Source: Gammaproteobacteria bacterium (lineage in GTDB: Bacteria; Pseudomonadota; Gammaproteobacteria; JBCCGL01). From it: DNA of 64,000 bases. The position numbers and the translations under genes were made by a program. A model generated the notes under the pieces. The model ran no database searches, was not told where the DNA came from, and was given only the letters and a program-made list of their open reading frames with translations. Where the stretch lies: the NCBI GenBank assembly GCA_965277715.1, contig OZ255836.1:992001-1056000 (forward strand), read 5' to 3'. Of this stretch, positions 43,738 through 55,583 are shown one piece after another (within the stretch, counting starts at the first letter, position 1; each line of letters opens with the position of its first letter).

Positions 43738-46700
43738 TCAAACCCATACCCGCGCATTACGAAACATGCGCATCCACGGCCCGTCTTCCGGCCTGTCTTC
43801 TGGCCTGTCTTCTGGCCTGCGGGGTGGGCGCCAGGTATTTAGCACGCTGCGAAATACGCGCTCGGGGTGTGGCATCATAATGGTGAAACGGCCATCGTCA
43901 TTGCACAGGCCAGTGATTCCGTCGGTGCTGCCATTGGGATTGGCGGGGTAATCGTGCGCCACAGCGCCGTGGTTATCGACAAAACGCAGCGCAATGTTGG
44001 CATTTACACGTGCATCCTGTGTATCAAAAACAGCCCTACCCTCACCGTGCGCAACGGCCACAGGAATACGTGACCCCGCCATACCGCGCAATAATATCGA
44101 GTGCGAGGCCTGCACTTCCACCACGCTGAAACGCGCTTCATACTGCGCGGACAAATTGCCTTTAAAGCGTGGCCAGTGGTCGGCACCAGGAATCAAACCA
44201 CCCAACTGCGAGAACATTTGGCAACCATTGCAGACACCTAACCCGAACACATCCTCACGGGCAAAGAAGCGTGAAAATTCATCATGTGCACGCGGGTTGT
44301 ACAAAATAGTACTGGCCCAACCGCTGCCACCACCGAGCACATCACCATAGGAAAAACCACCACAGGCAACCAACCCACGAAACGGATCGAGCGTTAATCG
44401 CCCGGCGATAATGTCACTCATATGCACATCGACAGGGCAAAACCCCGCCCGGTCAAATGCAGCGGCCATCTCAACCTGGCTGTTCACACCCTGCTCGCGC
44501 AATATGGCGATGCGCGGGCGCGCACCCTGATTAATCAGCGGCGCGGTGATGTCCTCGCCAGGGTCAAAATTAACGCAAGAAGTAAGCCCCGGGTCATTGT
44601 CTGTGCAAATCCGGGCAAACTCCTGATCCGCACAATCGGGGTTATCGCGCAAACGCTGCATACGGTAGCTGGTTTCCCACCAGCTTTTGCGCAACGCGCT
44701 GAGTGTATTTTGGTAGCGTGTTTCCCCGGCGTGCACAATTGACACCTGACGCTGCGGATTTAATGAAGCGATAACCGAGGTACAACCGTCCAGTTGATAG
44801 GCCTCCAGCAACGTTTGTACGGCCAGGCGGTCCCCGGTGCGAATTTGTACTACGGCGCCCAGCTCTTCGTTGAACAGAAAAGGCAACACCGTTGCAGACT
44901 CACTGGGCACGACAATATCGACACCTGTGTGGCCTGCAAATGCCATTTCACAGAGGCAGGTAAACACACCGCCGTCTGAGCGGTCGTGATAAGCCAATAG
45001 CAGGGAAGCGGCGTTAAGCGCCTGGATAGCGGCGAAGAATTGTCTGAGCATTTCGCTCGAATCGACATCCGGCGTCTCATTACCCACTTGCCGGTAAACC
45101 TGCGCCAGGGCCGAGCCACCTAAACGATTCCGGGCGTTACCTAAATCGATAAGCAGCAATTCGCTCTCCCCACAATCGCTGCGCAATTGCGGGGTCAACG
45201 TCTTGCGCACATCGGTAACAGGGGCAAAGGCGCTAACGACTAAGGACAGCGGTGAACTAATGCTGCACGGGCCGGATTCAGCCTGCCAGACAGTCTTCAT
45301 CGAAAGCGAATCCTTACCCACCGGAATAGCGATACCGAGCGCGGGACACAGCGATTCACCAACAGCCTGCACGGTGTCGTACAACGCGGCATCCTCTCCC
45401 GCGTGCCCAGCGGCGGCCATCCAGTTGGCGGAAAGCTTGATATCGCCAATCGCCGCAATAGCGCTTGCTGCTATATTAGTCAACGCCTCACCGATCGCCA
45501 TGCGACCAGAGGCAGCGGGGTCGATCAACGCCAGCGGGCTGCGCTCCCCCATCGCCATCGCCTCCCCCGTATACCCCCGGTAGTCAGCGGCAGTCACCGC
45601 CACATCGGCCACAGGCATCTGCCACGGGCCAACCAGTTGATCGCGGCAGGTTTGCCCACCCACTGAACGGTCGCCAATGGTAATCAAAAAGTTTTTACTG
45701 GCCACCGACGGCAGGTGCAGCACACGCTCAATGGCCTCGGCCAGGTCGATACCGTGCGTATCAAACGGCTTCTGGCTAAACAACTGCCGGGTAACATTGC
45801 GTTGCGTCTTCGGCGGTTTACCCAGCAACACATCCAGCGGCATATCCACCGGGTTATTATCAAACTGACGGTCGTGCACATGCAAATGTGGCGCCTCAGT
45901 GGCCACCCCCAGCAGTGCATAAGGACAACGCTCGCGTGCGCAGATAGCGATAAACTGATCCAGTGCAGACTGTTGAATTGCCAGCACATAACGCTCCTGC
46001 GACTCATTGCACCACAACGCCATCGGCGACATACCCGGTTCATCACTGGGTATTTCCCGCAGCTCAAACTGCGCGCCGCAGCCCGCATCGTTAACCAGCT
46101 CGGGCAGAGCGTTCGACAAACCGCCCGCCCCCACGTCGTGAATCGAGACGATGGGGGTAGCCCCACCCAGTGCATTACAGGCATCGATAACCTCCTGGCA
46201 GCGCCGCTGCATTTCTGCATTGCCACGCTGTACCGAGGCAAAATCGAGATCCTCACTGCTGCTGCCACTGGACACACTCGACGCCGCACCCCCACCCAGG
46301 CCAATCAACATCGCCGCCCCACCGAGCACAACGATAGGTGTGCCAGCGGTAAACAACTGTTTATCTACATGCATGGGGCGAATATTGCCCAGGCCGCCTG
46401 CAATCATAATGGGCTTATGGTAGCCACGTAGCTCGCGTCGGCCTGGAAACTCGACTTCACTTTCAAACGTGCGGAAATACCCCGTCAGGTTAGGCCGTCC
46501 AAATTCATTGTTAAACGACGCGGCACCAATGGGGCCATCTCGCATAATCTCCAGCGCTGAGGCGATGCGGCCCGGTTTGCCATAATCCGTCTCCCAAGGT
46601 TGTTCAAAGCCGGGGATGCGCAAATTTGACACCGAGAAACCGCATAACCCCGCCTTGGGTTTCGAGCCAGTGCCCGTGGCGCCCTCATCGCGAATCTCGC

Positions 46701-47640
46701 CGCCACTGCCCGTCGCCGCACCGGGAAAAGGTGATATAGCGGTGGGGTGGTTGTGCGTCTCCACTTTAATCTGAATATTAATGGCCTCACTGTGGCCTGC
46801 GTATTCACCCGTGAGTGGATTGGCAAAATAACGCTGCCCCACATTGCCGACAATCACCGCCGCGTTATCGCTGTAAGCCGATAACACGCCCTCTGGCGCA
46901 CATTGATGAGTGTGCTTAATCATCGAAAACAACGAGCCTGGTTTTTGCTCGCCATCAATCACCCAATCGGCATTGAAAATTTTGTGCCGGCAATGTTCAG
47001 AATTGGCCTGGGCAAACATCATCAACTCCATATCCGTGGGGTTGCGTTGCAAGGCTATAAAGTTTTCGACCAGGTAATCAATTTCATCTGCCGACAACGC
47101 CAGCCCTAATGATGCGTTTGCCTCCTCCAATGCACTGCGGCCATCGACCAGTACATCGATAACCGCCAACACCCCTGGGGCTTGCTTGCAGAACAAGGCC
47201 TCTGCTGCATCGGGTGAATGCAGGCATGACTCTGTCATCCGGTCATGCAGCAATGGCAATAATTGTGCGCGCTGTGTTTGGTCTAGCGCTGTGGTGGATT
47301 TGATTTGATAAAAAATGCCGCGCTCCACGCGCTTCACAACACCCAGCCCACAGTTATGCAAAATATCCGTTGCCTTGGAAGACCAGGGTGAAATAGTACC
47401 CAGCCTCGGCACCACATATAAATCAGTCGTATAAGCTGCGTTGCTGCTGATAAAGGGTTGATAATCTAGCAGGTGATTCAGCTTGGCTTTATCCGCCGCC
47501 TGATCGATGCTGGCGCAATCGAGCCAGTGAACATACTGGCTTTGCAGGCCCTCAACACCGGGAACCACCGCACGCAGCCGTTCCAGCAGTGCCGCACAAC
47601 GAAAATCAGAGAGCGCCTGCGAGCCTGGGAAAATGAGCAT
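43738..47640 (-). CDS. purL: Phosphoribosylformylglycinamidine synthase (large type)
   Basis: [46 protein letters not shown]. Confidence 0.98.
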   Translation of the reverse strand: MLIFPGSQALSDFRCAALLERLRAVVPGVEGLQSQYVHWLDCASIDQAADKAKLNHLLDYQPFISSNAAYTTDLYVVPRLGTISPWSSKATDILHNCGLGVVKRVERGIFYQIKSTTALDQTQRAQLLPLLHDRMTESCLHSPDAAEALFCKQAPGVLAVIDVLVDGRSALEEANASLGLALSADEIDYLVENFIALQRNPTDMELMMFAQANSEHCRHKIFNADWVIDGEQKPGSLFSMIKHTHQCAPEGVLSAYSDNAAVIVGNVGQRYFANPLTGEYAGHSEAINIQIKVETHNHPTAISPFPGAATGSGGEIRDEGATGTGSKPKAGLCGFSVSNLRIPGFEQPWETDYGKPGRIASALEIMRDGPIGAASFNNEFGRPNLTGYFRTFESEVEFPGRRELRGYHKPIMIAGGLGNIRPMHVDKQLFTAGTPIVVLGGAAMLIGLGGGAASSVSSGSSSEDLDFASVQRGNAEMQRRCQEVIDACNALGGATPIVSIHDVGAGGLSNALPELVNDAGCGAQFELREIPSDEPGMSPMALWCNESQERYVLAIQQSALDQFIAICARERCPYALLGVATEAPHLHVHDRQFDNNPVDMPLDVLLGKPPKTQRNVTRQLFSQKPFDTHGIDLAEAIERVLHLPSVASKNFLITIGDRSVGGQTCRDQLVGPWQMPVADVAVTAADYRGYTGEAMAMGERSPLALIDPAASGRMAIGEALTNIAASAIAAIGDIKLSANWMAAAGHAGEDAALYDTVQAVGESLCPALGIAIPVGKDSLSMKTVWQAESGPCSISSPLSLVVSAFAPVTDVRKTLTPQLRSDCGESELLLIDLGNARNRLGGSALAQVYRQVGNETPDVDSSEMLRQFFAAIQALNAASLLLAYHDRSDGGVFTCLCEMAFAGHTGVDIVVPSESATVLPFLFNEELGAVVQIRTGDRLAVQTLLEAYQLDGCTSVIASLNPQRQVSIVHAGETRYQNTLSALRKSWWETSYRMQRLRDNPDCADQEFARICTDNDPGLTSCVNFDPGEDITAPLINQGARPRIAILREQGVNSQVEMAAAFDRAGFCPVDVHMSDIIAGRLTLDPFRGLVACGGFSYGDVLGGGSGWASTILYNPRAHDEFSRFFAREDVFGLGVCNGCQMFSQLGGLIPGADHWPRFKGNLSAQYEARFSVVEVQASHSILLRGMAGSRIPVAVAHGEGRAVFDTQDARVNANIALRFVDNHGAVAHDYPANPNGSTDGITGLCNDDGRFTIMMPHPERVFRSVLNTWRPPRRPEDRPEDRPEDGPWMRMFRNARVWV
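43783..43818. repeat. 12-bp in-frame tandem repeat x3 near the purL 3' end (RPED)3
   Basis: GTCTTCCGGCCT-GTCTTCTGGCCT-GTCTTCTGGCCT. Confidence 0.9.
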
Positions 47641-47865
47641 AAACAGTCTTTACTGGCAGTTGTTAAGAAAGCCCGCAATCATAATCGAAAAGCGCGATAC
47701 CAACCAATTTATCCTCAAGCGGAAAGCGTAGAATCGTGTGCTGAACAACAAAAATTGCTGCTGGCAAAAACAAACGCTATGATCAAATACTAACCGGCGT
47801 ACTTCACAACAAACACAACACACACCCATCCCACTCACCACCCGATCCCACAGGAAATACCCCCT

Positions 47866-49065
47866 ATGGACTTTACCCTTTCCGCCAAAATAAACGACTT
47901 TAGGTTACGTATCCGTGCCTTTGTAGAGCACCACCTTATCCCACTCGAACAGGACCGGGATGCCTATGATGAAGGCGAGAATATCAACCAACACCACCTC
48001 AAGCGCTTGCGTGAAAAAGCCCGCCAGGAAGGCCTATGGAATCTGCAACTCAGCGAGCGATGGGGCGGGCAAAATATTGGCATCGTCGGCATGGCCGCCT
48101 GCTACGAAGAAATGAACCGCTCAATTTTTGGCCCCGTGGTGTTCAACAGCGCAGCCCCGGACGATGGCAATATGATGGTGCTGGAAAAGGTGGCCAGCGA
48201 TGCGCAAGCCGAGCGATGGCTGCGCCCCATCGCCGAGGGCGACGTGCGCTCGGCCTTTATAATGACAGAACCCGCCCCCGGTTCCGGTTCCGACCCCGCT
48301 GGGATGATGAAAACCACCGCCACACGCGAGGGGGATAACTGGGTAATCAACGGTCACAAATGGTTTATCACCGGCGCAGGCGTCGCCGCACACTTTATTT
48401 TAATTGCGCGCACCTCAAACGACCCGCGCAAAGGGCTAACGGCTTTTTTATTCCACAAAGACGACCCCGGCTGGGAGCTGGTGCGCCGTATCCCCATCAT
48501 GGGGCCAGAGGAACACGGCGGGCATTGCGAACTCACCTTCAACAACCTGATAATCCCAGATGAAAACCGCCTGATGGCCGTCGGTGACGGTTTAAAGCTA
48601 ACGCAAATCCGGCTTGGCACAGCGCGGCTCACCCATTGCATGCGCTGGCTGGGGTTAGCCCGGCGCACCCTGGAAATTGCCGGGCACTACGTAGAAAACC
48701 GGCGGGCATTTGGCGACACCCTGGCCAACCGGGAGAGCGTGCAGTGGCTACTGGGCGAATCGGCCATGGCGATCCACACCGGGCGACTACTCACCATGCA
48801 CGCCGCCTGGAAACTCGACCAGGGCGACTTCGCCCGCAAAGAGGTCTCTATGGCAAAAGTGGCGGTTGCCGACACGCTACACAAATCCGTCGATACCGCT
48901 ATTCAGCTTTGCGGTGCACACGGCTATTCAAAAGATACCGTGCTGGAATGGATATACCGTTACGCCCGCCAGGCACGCCTCGTCGATGGTGCCTCTGAAG
49001 TGCATAAAATGGTGTTATCGCGTTCCCTTATTAGAGAGGGCAATGATTTTTGGTCTTGGAATTAA
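47866..49065 (+). CDS. Acyl-CoA dehydrogenase family protein
   Basis: APDDGNM, MTEP-GSGSD, INGHKWFITG, R-AFG, A-Q-CGAHG, RLVDGASEVH. Confidence 0.92.
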   Translation: MDFTLSAKINDFRLRIRAFVEHHLIPLEQDRDAYDEGENINQHHLKRLREKARQEGLWNLQLSERWGGQNIGIVGMAACYEEMNRSIFGPVVFNSAAPDDGNMMVLEKVASDAQAERWLRPIAEGDVRSAFIMTEPAPGSGSDPAGMMKTTATREGDNWVINGHKWFITGAGVAAHFILIARTSNDPRKGLTAFLFHKDDPGWELVRRIPIMGPEEHGGHCELTFNNLIIPDENRLMAVGDGLKLTQIRLGTARLTHCMRWLGLARRTLEIAGHYVENRRAFGDTLANRESVQWLLGESAMAIHTGRLLTMHAAWKLDQGDFARKEVSMAKVAVADTLHKSVDTAIQLCGAHGYSKDTVLEWIYRYARQARLVDGASEVHKMVLSRSLIREGNDFWSWN

Positions 49066-49120
49066 ACACATAATTCGCTGGCGCGCACCCAGTGCTTGCA
49101 CTAGAATTGCGCGTTCCGGT

Positions 49121-49492
49121 GGGGGCGACCTGGCTTCGACGAGGGTGGCAAAACCGGAGGTGCATGCCGAGGGGTAGATGACCTCGTAAATCCAGCTACA
49201 CACTTTATAGTTGCCAACGACGACAACTACGCACTGGCCGCTTAATCGAACCTAAACCTTCGTTTTAGGCGTACTACCCTGATTCTGTCTTGTCTGTCAT
49301 TCAGACCAGGGGCTACAGCGACAGAACCGCGATGACGGAGGCCTCTGCCTAATTCGTTAAACCTTTTGAGGATCGCCGATCCCTCCCCTGTTCGTCGGGG
49401 TTGGAAACGTTAAAGCTAAAGACGAAACTAAGCATGTAGTACCAATGGCGGAGTGCTTTCGGACGCGGGTTCGATTCCCGCCGCCTCCACCA
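49121..49492 (+). ncRNA. ssrA: tmRNA; tag peptide ANDDNYALAA (49213-49245)
   Basis: 5' GGGGGCGACCTGGCTTCGAC, 3' GGACGCGGGTTCGATTCCCGCCGCCTCCACCA, internal tag ORF. Confidence 0.97.
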
Positions 49493-49505
49493 TTTTTATG
49501 GTGAC

Positions 49506-49552
49506 AACCCGTCTATCCAGAGTAACTCTCTGGGTAGACGGGGTTTCTTTTT
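49506..49552 (+). terminator. Terminator hairpin after tmRNA
   Basis: AACCCGTCTATCCAGAG-TAACT-CTCTGGGTAGACGGGTT followed by a T-run. Confidence 0.85.
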
Positions 49553-49753
49553 CCCCTTGTATTCAAAGCGTTTCGGGCGTTTTGACATCTTTCCGAAACC
49601 TCTCTCCAGCCACCTGATTCTCTCCATCCTTCCCACGTTCATTCTCTGTTTGGGCCGGTATTCTCTGTTTTCTTCGGACAGGGTCCGACACGCGTCCGGT
49701 TGCAGATATCCTTTCAGATTAAGCATTTAGCCGAATGACGGTGTTTTGCGGTT

Positions 49754-50446
49754 GTGTTAAGACCTCAAATGGTCATGGCATGGCTCAGGGCCGACGGTGA
49801 CTTCCGACTTTTCAAACGTCCCATCCGGGCGCACCGGCTGGTCAGGGAATCGACCTTTCACGAGCTGATGGCCGAGGCGGACAACCAGACCACCGTCCTC
49901 ATGGGCCACACCCGCTGGCGCACCCGGGGCAGCGAAGCAAACAGTCGCAACAACCACCCCATTCGTTCCGGCATCATCATCGGCACCCATAACGGCACCA
50001 TCTACAACGCTGATTACCTGTTCCGAAGGCTTGGCCTGCCTCGTTATGCCGAAGTGGACAGCGAGCTGCTTTTCAGGCTGGCTGACCGTTTCGCACCCGA
50101 CGGAACCATTGACAGTCGAGGCTTCCGCAAAGCCCTGCGTCTGTGTTGGGGCCAGATGAGCGCGGTGTTGGCCTCACGGCTCGATCCCCGGGCCATTACC
50201 GTCATCAAGGGGAACAAGCCGCTGTCGCTGCGTTACAGCCGCAAACACCGGGCGGTGCTCTACGCCTCGGAACCGGAATACATCGAAGCCGCTCTGGATG
50301 ACTTGCGTGGCTGGCGTAAGCTGGAAATTCCGCCGCTCACCATACTGACCTTCCGCCATGAAACCCTCAAGAAGTGGCAGAGCCATCCCTTCAAATTTGT
50401 CTGTCAGGAACGCAAAGGAACCTTACCCGAAGGAGTGAAAGCATGA
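49754..50446 (+). pseudogene. Class II glutamine amidotransferase, N-terminally truncated
   Basis: MGHTRWRT-G, NNHP, GTHNG, VDSE present, but no N-terminal MCG nucleophile or RG-D/H-G segment (compare mgsA in this window). Confidence 0.72.
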
Positions 50447-50943
50447 AGAATTACGACAACCATCTCCGGCTTTTTGTTTACGGGACCCTCAAAAAGGGAT
50501 TCTGGAACTTTGATCGGTTCTGCACCCGGGCCGCCAGCATCGAACCTGCCACCACTTGGGGCAGGCTCTACCACCTGCCAGCGGGATTCCCTGCCTTGGA
50601 AGTCCCGGAGAGCAGCGTACTGGCCACCGGCACCGCCGATCCGCTGGCCGATACCCAGACACAGAACACCATCGAGCTACCTGAGAATGCCATGATCCGA
50701 CCGGAAGGCGACTGGGATCTGGTTCATGGAGAGCTGATGACCTTAGCCAACCCCGGCTTCGATCTGCCGCCCATCGACCGGCTGGAGGCATTCGATCCCA
50801 ATGGCTGCTGTGTTTATACGTGGGCTCTGGTGACGGTGGAGACCAACGACTTGATCCGGTCCGTTTGGCTGTACAATTACAAGCTCGGCCATAATGCTGA
50901 AAGGATTGCCTCGGGATACTGGTATCCATCAAAACAGAACTAA
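50443..50943 (+). CDS. Gamma-glutamylcyclotransferase (AIG2-like) family protein
   Basis: LFVYGTLK, GRLYHL-GFPAL, VHGEL, IDRLE; AGGAG RBS, ATGA overlap with upstream gene. Confidence 0.85.
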   Translation: MKNYDNHLRLFVYGTLKKGFWNFDRFCTRAASIEPATTWGRLYHLPAGFPALEVPESSVLATGTADPLADTQTQNTIELPENAMIRPEGDWDLVHGELMTLANPGFDLPPIDRLEAFDPNGCCVYTWALVTVETNDLIRSVWLYNYKLGHNAERIASGYWYPSKQN

Positions 50944-51099
50944 ATCGGCTTAAATCGGCAAAAAACATTTAACTTCGGGCTTTCATTTCAGTATATTTAC
51001 AGGGTGAATTAAAGTGGGAGTGTTGTTTTTGCAGCATTCCTTAACTGCCTCTGTTGAGGTCATGGCAAAACGCAATAGCCCCCAAGAGGAGTATGAGAC

Positions 51100-51315
51100 A
51101 TGGCAGAAATAGATGATCGCTGGTTGTCAGTGGACGAAATATGCAAATACCTTGGGATCGGTAAGGATACCGTCTACAAATGGATCGATAAGCACGGCAT
51201 GCCCGCTCATCGCATGGGACGACTGTGGAAATTCAAAAAAGAACAGGTCGACGCATGGGTTGAGGCTGGTGGCGCCCAAACATCCTCTTCTAACGATAGT
51301 GAGGAACAGAAATAA
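51100..51315 (+). CDS. Excisionase-like helix-turn-helix DNA-binding protein
   Basis: WLSVDEICKYLGIGKDTVYKWI...MPAHRMGRLWKF; GAGGAG RBS. Confidence 0.9.
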   Translation: MAEIDDRWLSVDEICKYLGIGKDTVYKWIDKHGMPAHRMGRLWKFKKEQVDAWVEAGGAQTSSSNDSEEQK

Positions 51316-52409
51316 TGGGTAGTAAGGGCACATATAAAGAACAGACTGCTTCACGGTACACGATAGGCGCAGTGGATTTGTTTTGTGGTGCCGGTGGATT
51401 GACTCGTGGACTCGAAAAATCAGGTATTGCCGTCAACCTTGGAATAGATATAGATCCGGCTTGTGAATATCCTTATGCTGCCAACAACAAAGCCGACTTT
51501 TTACTGAAATCCGTCGATGATGTCGATGCCTCCGAACTGCTGGCCGCATACAATGGTGCCGACCTAAAGCTCCTCGCCGGTTGTGCTCCTTGTCAGACAT
51601 TTTCTTCGTACAATCAAAAGGCGGATTCATCGGACAAACGATGGTGGCTGCTCCTGCAGTTTTCACGTCTGATCAAAGAGACCGAACCGGAACTCGTGAC
51701 CATGGAAAACGTTCCTGGATTGATGGATCAGGATGTCTTCAGGGAATTTGTCGACGATTTGGAAGAAAGAAACTATCACGTCGATTACAAGGTCGTGAAT
51801 TGTGCTGAATACGGCTTGCCTCAACAGCGAAACCGCTTGGTACTGCTCGCTTCGCAATTGGGGCCGATCAAGTTGCTCAGCCCGAAAGAATTCAAGAGAA
51901 AAGCCAAAACCGTCAAGGAAGCCATCGGTAAGCTGCCTGCGATCGAAGCGGGAGCGATCGACCCAAAAGATCCACTACACCAAAGCTCCAGCCTTTCCGA
52001 AACCAACTATCAGCGCATACTCGTTTCCAAGCCGGGCGGAACATGGCGTGACTGGCCCGAGGATCTCGTGGCCGACTGTCACAAGAAGAAGAGCGGGAAA
52101 ACCTATCCAAGCGTGTATGGCCGGATGAGCTGGGACGAACCTGCACCGACCATAACCACGCAGTTTTTCGGTTTCGGCAACGGCCGGTTTGGACACGCCG
52201 AACAAAACAGGGCGATCTCTCTACGTGAAGGCGCGATCCTCCAGGGTTTCACCAAAAAATACAAATTCACGGCACCCGGTGAACCTATCAGAAAAAAGGT
52301 GCTCGGTCGTCTTATCGGAAATGCGGTCCCCGTAAAGCTCGGGGAGCTCATTGGTAAAAGCATTTTGAATCATGTGACGGAGTACAACGCTTCCGTCTGC
52401 GAAGTATAG
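51315..52409 (+). CDS. DNA cytosine-C5 methyltransferase (Dcm/DrmMII-like)
   Basis: DLFCGAGG (motif I), APCQ-FS (IV), ENVPG (VI), PQ-R-R (VIII), GNAVP (X). Confidence 0.93.
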   Translation: MGSKGTYKEQTASRYTIGAVDLFCGAGGLTRGLEKSGIAVNLGIDIDPACEYPYAANNKADFLLKSVDDVDASELLAAYNGADLKLLAGCAPCQTFSSYNQKADSSDKRWWLLLQFSRLIKETEPELVTMENVPGLMDQDVFREFVDDLEERNYHVDYKVVNCAEYGLPQQRNRLVLLASQLGPIKLLSPKEFKRKAKTVKEAIGKLPAIEAGAIDPKDPLHQSSSLSETNYQRILVSKPGGTWRDWPEDLVADCHKKKSGKTYPSVYGRMSWDEPAPTITTQFFGFGNGRFGHAEQNRAISLREGAILQGFTKKYKFTAPGEPIRKKVLGRLIGNAVPVKLGELIGKSILNHVTEYNASVCEV

Positions 52410-52421
52410 ACGGAGAGCTCA

Positions 52422-55400
52422 ATGGAAAATACTACCGATCGTTCCAATCAATACATGTCCGTCGCTTCCATAACACCTGAGCCTGGGCAACTCGTAGAGG
52501 TTCGAAGACGCCAGTGGGTTGTCAGTGATGTTCAAGGACAATCTTTCAAAGCTAACGGGGAGCAACATGTCGTGACCCTGTCTTCCTTGGATGAGGACGC
52601 TCTTGGTGAAGAACTTCAGGTGGTCTGGCAGATAGAACCGGGAGCCCAGGCTCTCGAAAAGGCCGGAATGCCTCGTGTAACCGGCATCGATTCCGAGGAC
52701 AAATCGGACGCCTTTCTGGATGCCGTCCGTTGGGGTGCGGTGACAAATGCCGACAGATCGTTCCTTCAGGCTCCTTTCCGAAGCGGAATTACCATTGAAG
52801 ATTACCAACTCGACCCATTGGTACGTGCGATAGACATGGCCCGCGTCAATCTGCTGATTGCGGACGACGTCGGTTTGGGTAAAACCATTGAGGCGGGGCT
52901 GGTTGTACAGGAACTGCTTGTCCGTCATCGAGCGAGAACGGTTTTCATAGTCTGCCCGGCTTCACTGCAGGCCAAGTGGCAGGTCGAGATGTGGGAAAAA
53001 TTCGGATTGGAATTCCGAATTGTCGATACAGATTACATCAAGCGCTTGCGGCGCGAACGCGGCATACACGCCAATCCATGGGCCTCGTTCCCTCGACTCA
53101 TCACTTCCATGGACTGGATGAAAAGCGGTGAAGGTTTACGGCTTGTCAAGGATTGCCTGCCGCCGACCATTACCTATCCAAGAAAGTTCGACATTCTGAT
53201 CATCGATGAAGCACACAATGTCGCACCGTCGACTGCCTCCAAATACGCTCTGGAAAGCCAGAGAACCCGTTTGATCAGAACCATCGCGCCACATTTCGAA
53301 CACCGGCTGTTTCTGAGTGCCACGCCGCACAACGGGTATCAGGAGTCCTTCACTTCGTTGCTGGAATTGCTGGATGACCAGCGATTCGCCCGATCCGTCA
53401 TGCCGGACGAGAAACAGCTGCAGCGCGTGATGGTCAGACGACTCAAGACGGATCTGGTCGATGCTGAAGGGAATCCCTTGTATCCGAAAAGAAGACTGAT
53501 GCCTCTCGAGGTCGATTACTCGGATGAAGAACGCGAGATACATGATCTCCTGAAACAATTTACGGCTGCACGTGCAAAGAGCGTCAAGGGCAGTTCTTTC
53601 GAATACGGTTCAGACTTCGTCCACAAACTTTTGAAAAAGAGGCTTTTCTCTTCCCCAATGGCTTTTGCAGGAACGCTGGCCAAGCACCGGGAAAGCTTGG
53701 AACGTCCAAGGCCGAAACAAAAAGCCGGGGCCATGGACGACAAGATCCTCAAAAAGGCCATCCTGAAAGCGGAAGAGGATTTTGCCAACGACCAGCTCTA
53801 CGAAGATGCCCAGTACGAAACGGTGGAAGCTGCCGGAGAATTGTCGGTCCCTCTCGATCAGGATCAGCGACAGATGCTCGACAGGCTGACCGCGTGGGCC
53901 GAAAAGTCGAAGAATCAGGTGGATGCCAAAGCGACGGCCATCGTCGATTGGCTCGAAGCGCATTTGAAAACCGATGGCGAATGGAACGGAAAACGGGTGA
54001 TTCTCTTCACCGAGTTCCGGGCCACGCATGTATGGATGGAACAGATCCTGACTACCTACGGCTTCGGCGGCGAGCGCATGATGTTGATACATGGTGGTGT
54101 TGACCAGAAGGATCGAGAAAAGATCAAGGCGGCATTTCAGGCCCATCCTGATATCTCACCCGTCAGAATCCTGTTGGCTACCGATGCGGCCTCCGAAGGT
54201 ATCGACCTGCAAAACCACTGTAACTACACGATCCATATCGAGATTCCGTGGAATCCAAACGTCATGGAACAGAGGAACGGCCGTATCGACCGACACGGGC
54301 AAAAGGAGTCCGAAGTCTTTATCTGGCATCCTGTGGGAAAAGGGTTCGAGTCGAACGAATCCATCCACTCGAAAAAGGTCGGCCAGATAGAAGGCGACCA
54401 CGAATACCTGATGAGAGCGGTGCTCAAGATCGACACCATTCGAGAAGATCTCGGAAGTGTTGGACCGGTCATCGCCCAGCAAATAGAGGAAGCCATGCTC
54501 GGCAAAAGGACGGTTCTCGATACCGCCGCTGCCGAAGGAAAAGCCGCGAAGGCGAGAAAATATGTATCCGCCGAGCGTCGCCTTCAGGAAAAGATAGACA
54601 AGCTGCACGAAAGGCTCATGGAGGCCAAGACCGACTTCCACCTTTCGGCCGACCATATACACAGAGCTGTATCCATCGCACTCGAGCTCGCCGAAAAGCC
54701 TTCTTTGAAGCCAGTCTCTTTGCCGGGGGCACCCGAAGGCACCGTGTTCGAGGTGCCTATTCTTCCCGGCTCGTGGGGCCGTGCAACCGCCGGACTCGAA
54801 CATCCCCATACCGGGGAAAGAAGACCGATCACTTTCGATCACGAGGCGGCGAAAGGTCGTGACGACGTCGTCTTGGCTCACTTGAATCATCGACTCGTCC
54901 AGATGTGCTTGCGGCTTTTGCGGGAAGAGCTCTGGAAGCTGGATGACGTGAAAAAGTTGCACCGTGTAAGTGTCAAGACCGTTCCGGACAGTGAACTTTC
55001 GACACCCGCCGTGCTCGTCTGGTCCCGTCTGGTCATCACCGGGGGCGACCATCACCGCCTTCACGAAGAGATAACGATCTCCGGCGGCGAGCTCAAACAC
55101 ACCGGATTTTCGAGAATACCGCAGCAAGGCCGATTGCAGGAGTTGCTGACCAAGGCAGCTATCTTCGATCCGAAAGGCGGTCTTCTGGACATTCTGACCG
55201 AGCGGTTCGAAAAACAGGAGAGCTCCATTCGATCCGCCATGGAAGTCCGTTCTAAAGACAGACTTCGTTTCCTCGAAAACACGCTGGCACGTCGGAAGGA
55301 TGGCGAGATAACCGATTTGACGAACGTCCTCGATGAACTCGAGAAAACGATAAAGAGTGAACTGAAAGATGATGCCCTCCCAAAACAGATGGTTATTCCC

Positions 55401-55583
55401 GGATTCGAACCCGAGGAACGCAACCAGATTCGCAAGGACATCGAAGCCCTGAAAATGCGACTGGCCAGAATTCCCGAAGAACGGGATATGGAAAAAGCGG
55501 CGATAGAAAAACGTTACGCAGGATTGACCGATAGAACCTTCCCGGTGGCCGTGGTCTTTATCGTACCTGAGTCACAAATGTGA
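52422..55583 (+). CDS. drmD: DISARM SNF2-like helicase DrmD
   Basis: PEPGQLVEVRRRQW N-terminus, ADDVGLGKT, DEAH, LSATP, ASEGIDLQ, QRNGRIDR; upstream of MTase-drmA-drmB. Confidence 0.88.
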   Translation: MENTTDRSNQYMSVASITPEPGQLVEVRRRQWVVSDVQGQSFKANGEQHVVTLSSLDEDALGEELQVVWQIEPGAQALEKAGMPRVTGIDSEDKSDAFLDAVRWGAVTNADRSFLQAPFRSGITIEDYQLDPLVRAIDMARVNLLIADDVGLGKTIEAGLVVQELLVRHRARTVFIVCPASLQAKWQVEMWEKFGLEFRIVDTDYIKRLRRERGIHANPWASFPRLITSMDWMKSGEGLRLVKDCLPPTITYPRKFDILIIDEAHNVAPSTASKYALESQRTRLIRTIAPHFEHRLFLSATPHNGYQESFTSLLELLDDQRFARSVMPDEKQLQRVMVRRLKTDLVDAEGNPLYPKRRLMPLEVDYSDEEREIHDLLKQFTAARAKSVKGSSFEYGSDFVHKLLKKRLFSSPMAFAGTLAKHRESLERPRPKQKAGAMDDKILKKAILKAEEDFANDQLYEDAQYETVEAAGELSVPLDQDQRQMLDRLTAWAEKSKNQVDAKATAIVDWLEAHLKTDGEWNGKRVILFTEFRATHVWMEQILTTYGFGGERMMLIHGGVDQKDREKIKAAFQAHPDISPVRILLATDAASEGIDLQNHCNYTIHIEIPWNPNVMEQRNGRIDRHGQKESEVFIWHPVGKGFESNESIHSKKVGQIEGDHEYLMRAVLKIDTIREDLGSVGPVIAQQIEEAMLGKRTVLDTAAAEGKAAKARKYVSAERRLQEKIDKLHERLMEAKTDFHLSADHIHRAVSIALELAEKPSLKPVSLPGAPEGTVFEVPILPGSWGRATAGLEHPHTGERRPITFDHEAAKGRDDVVLAHLNHRLVQMCLRLLREELWKLDDVKKLHRVSVKTVPDSELSTPAVLVWSRLVITGGDHHRLHEEITISGGELKHTGFSRIPQQGRLQELLTKAAIFDPKGGLLDILTERFEKQESSIRSAMEVRSKDRLRFLENTLARRKDGEITDLTNVLDELEKTIKSELKDDALPKQMVIPGFEPEERNQIRKDIEALKMRLARIPEERDMEKAAIEKRYAGLTDRTFPVAVVFIVPESQM

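Noticed and set aside
49496-49726. 76-aa minus-strand ORF after tmRNA as a possible integrase fragment
   Set aside because: No tyrosine or serine recombinase motifs; overlaps the terminator and att-like non-coding DNA
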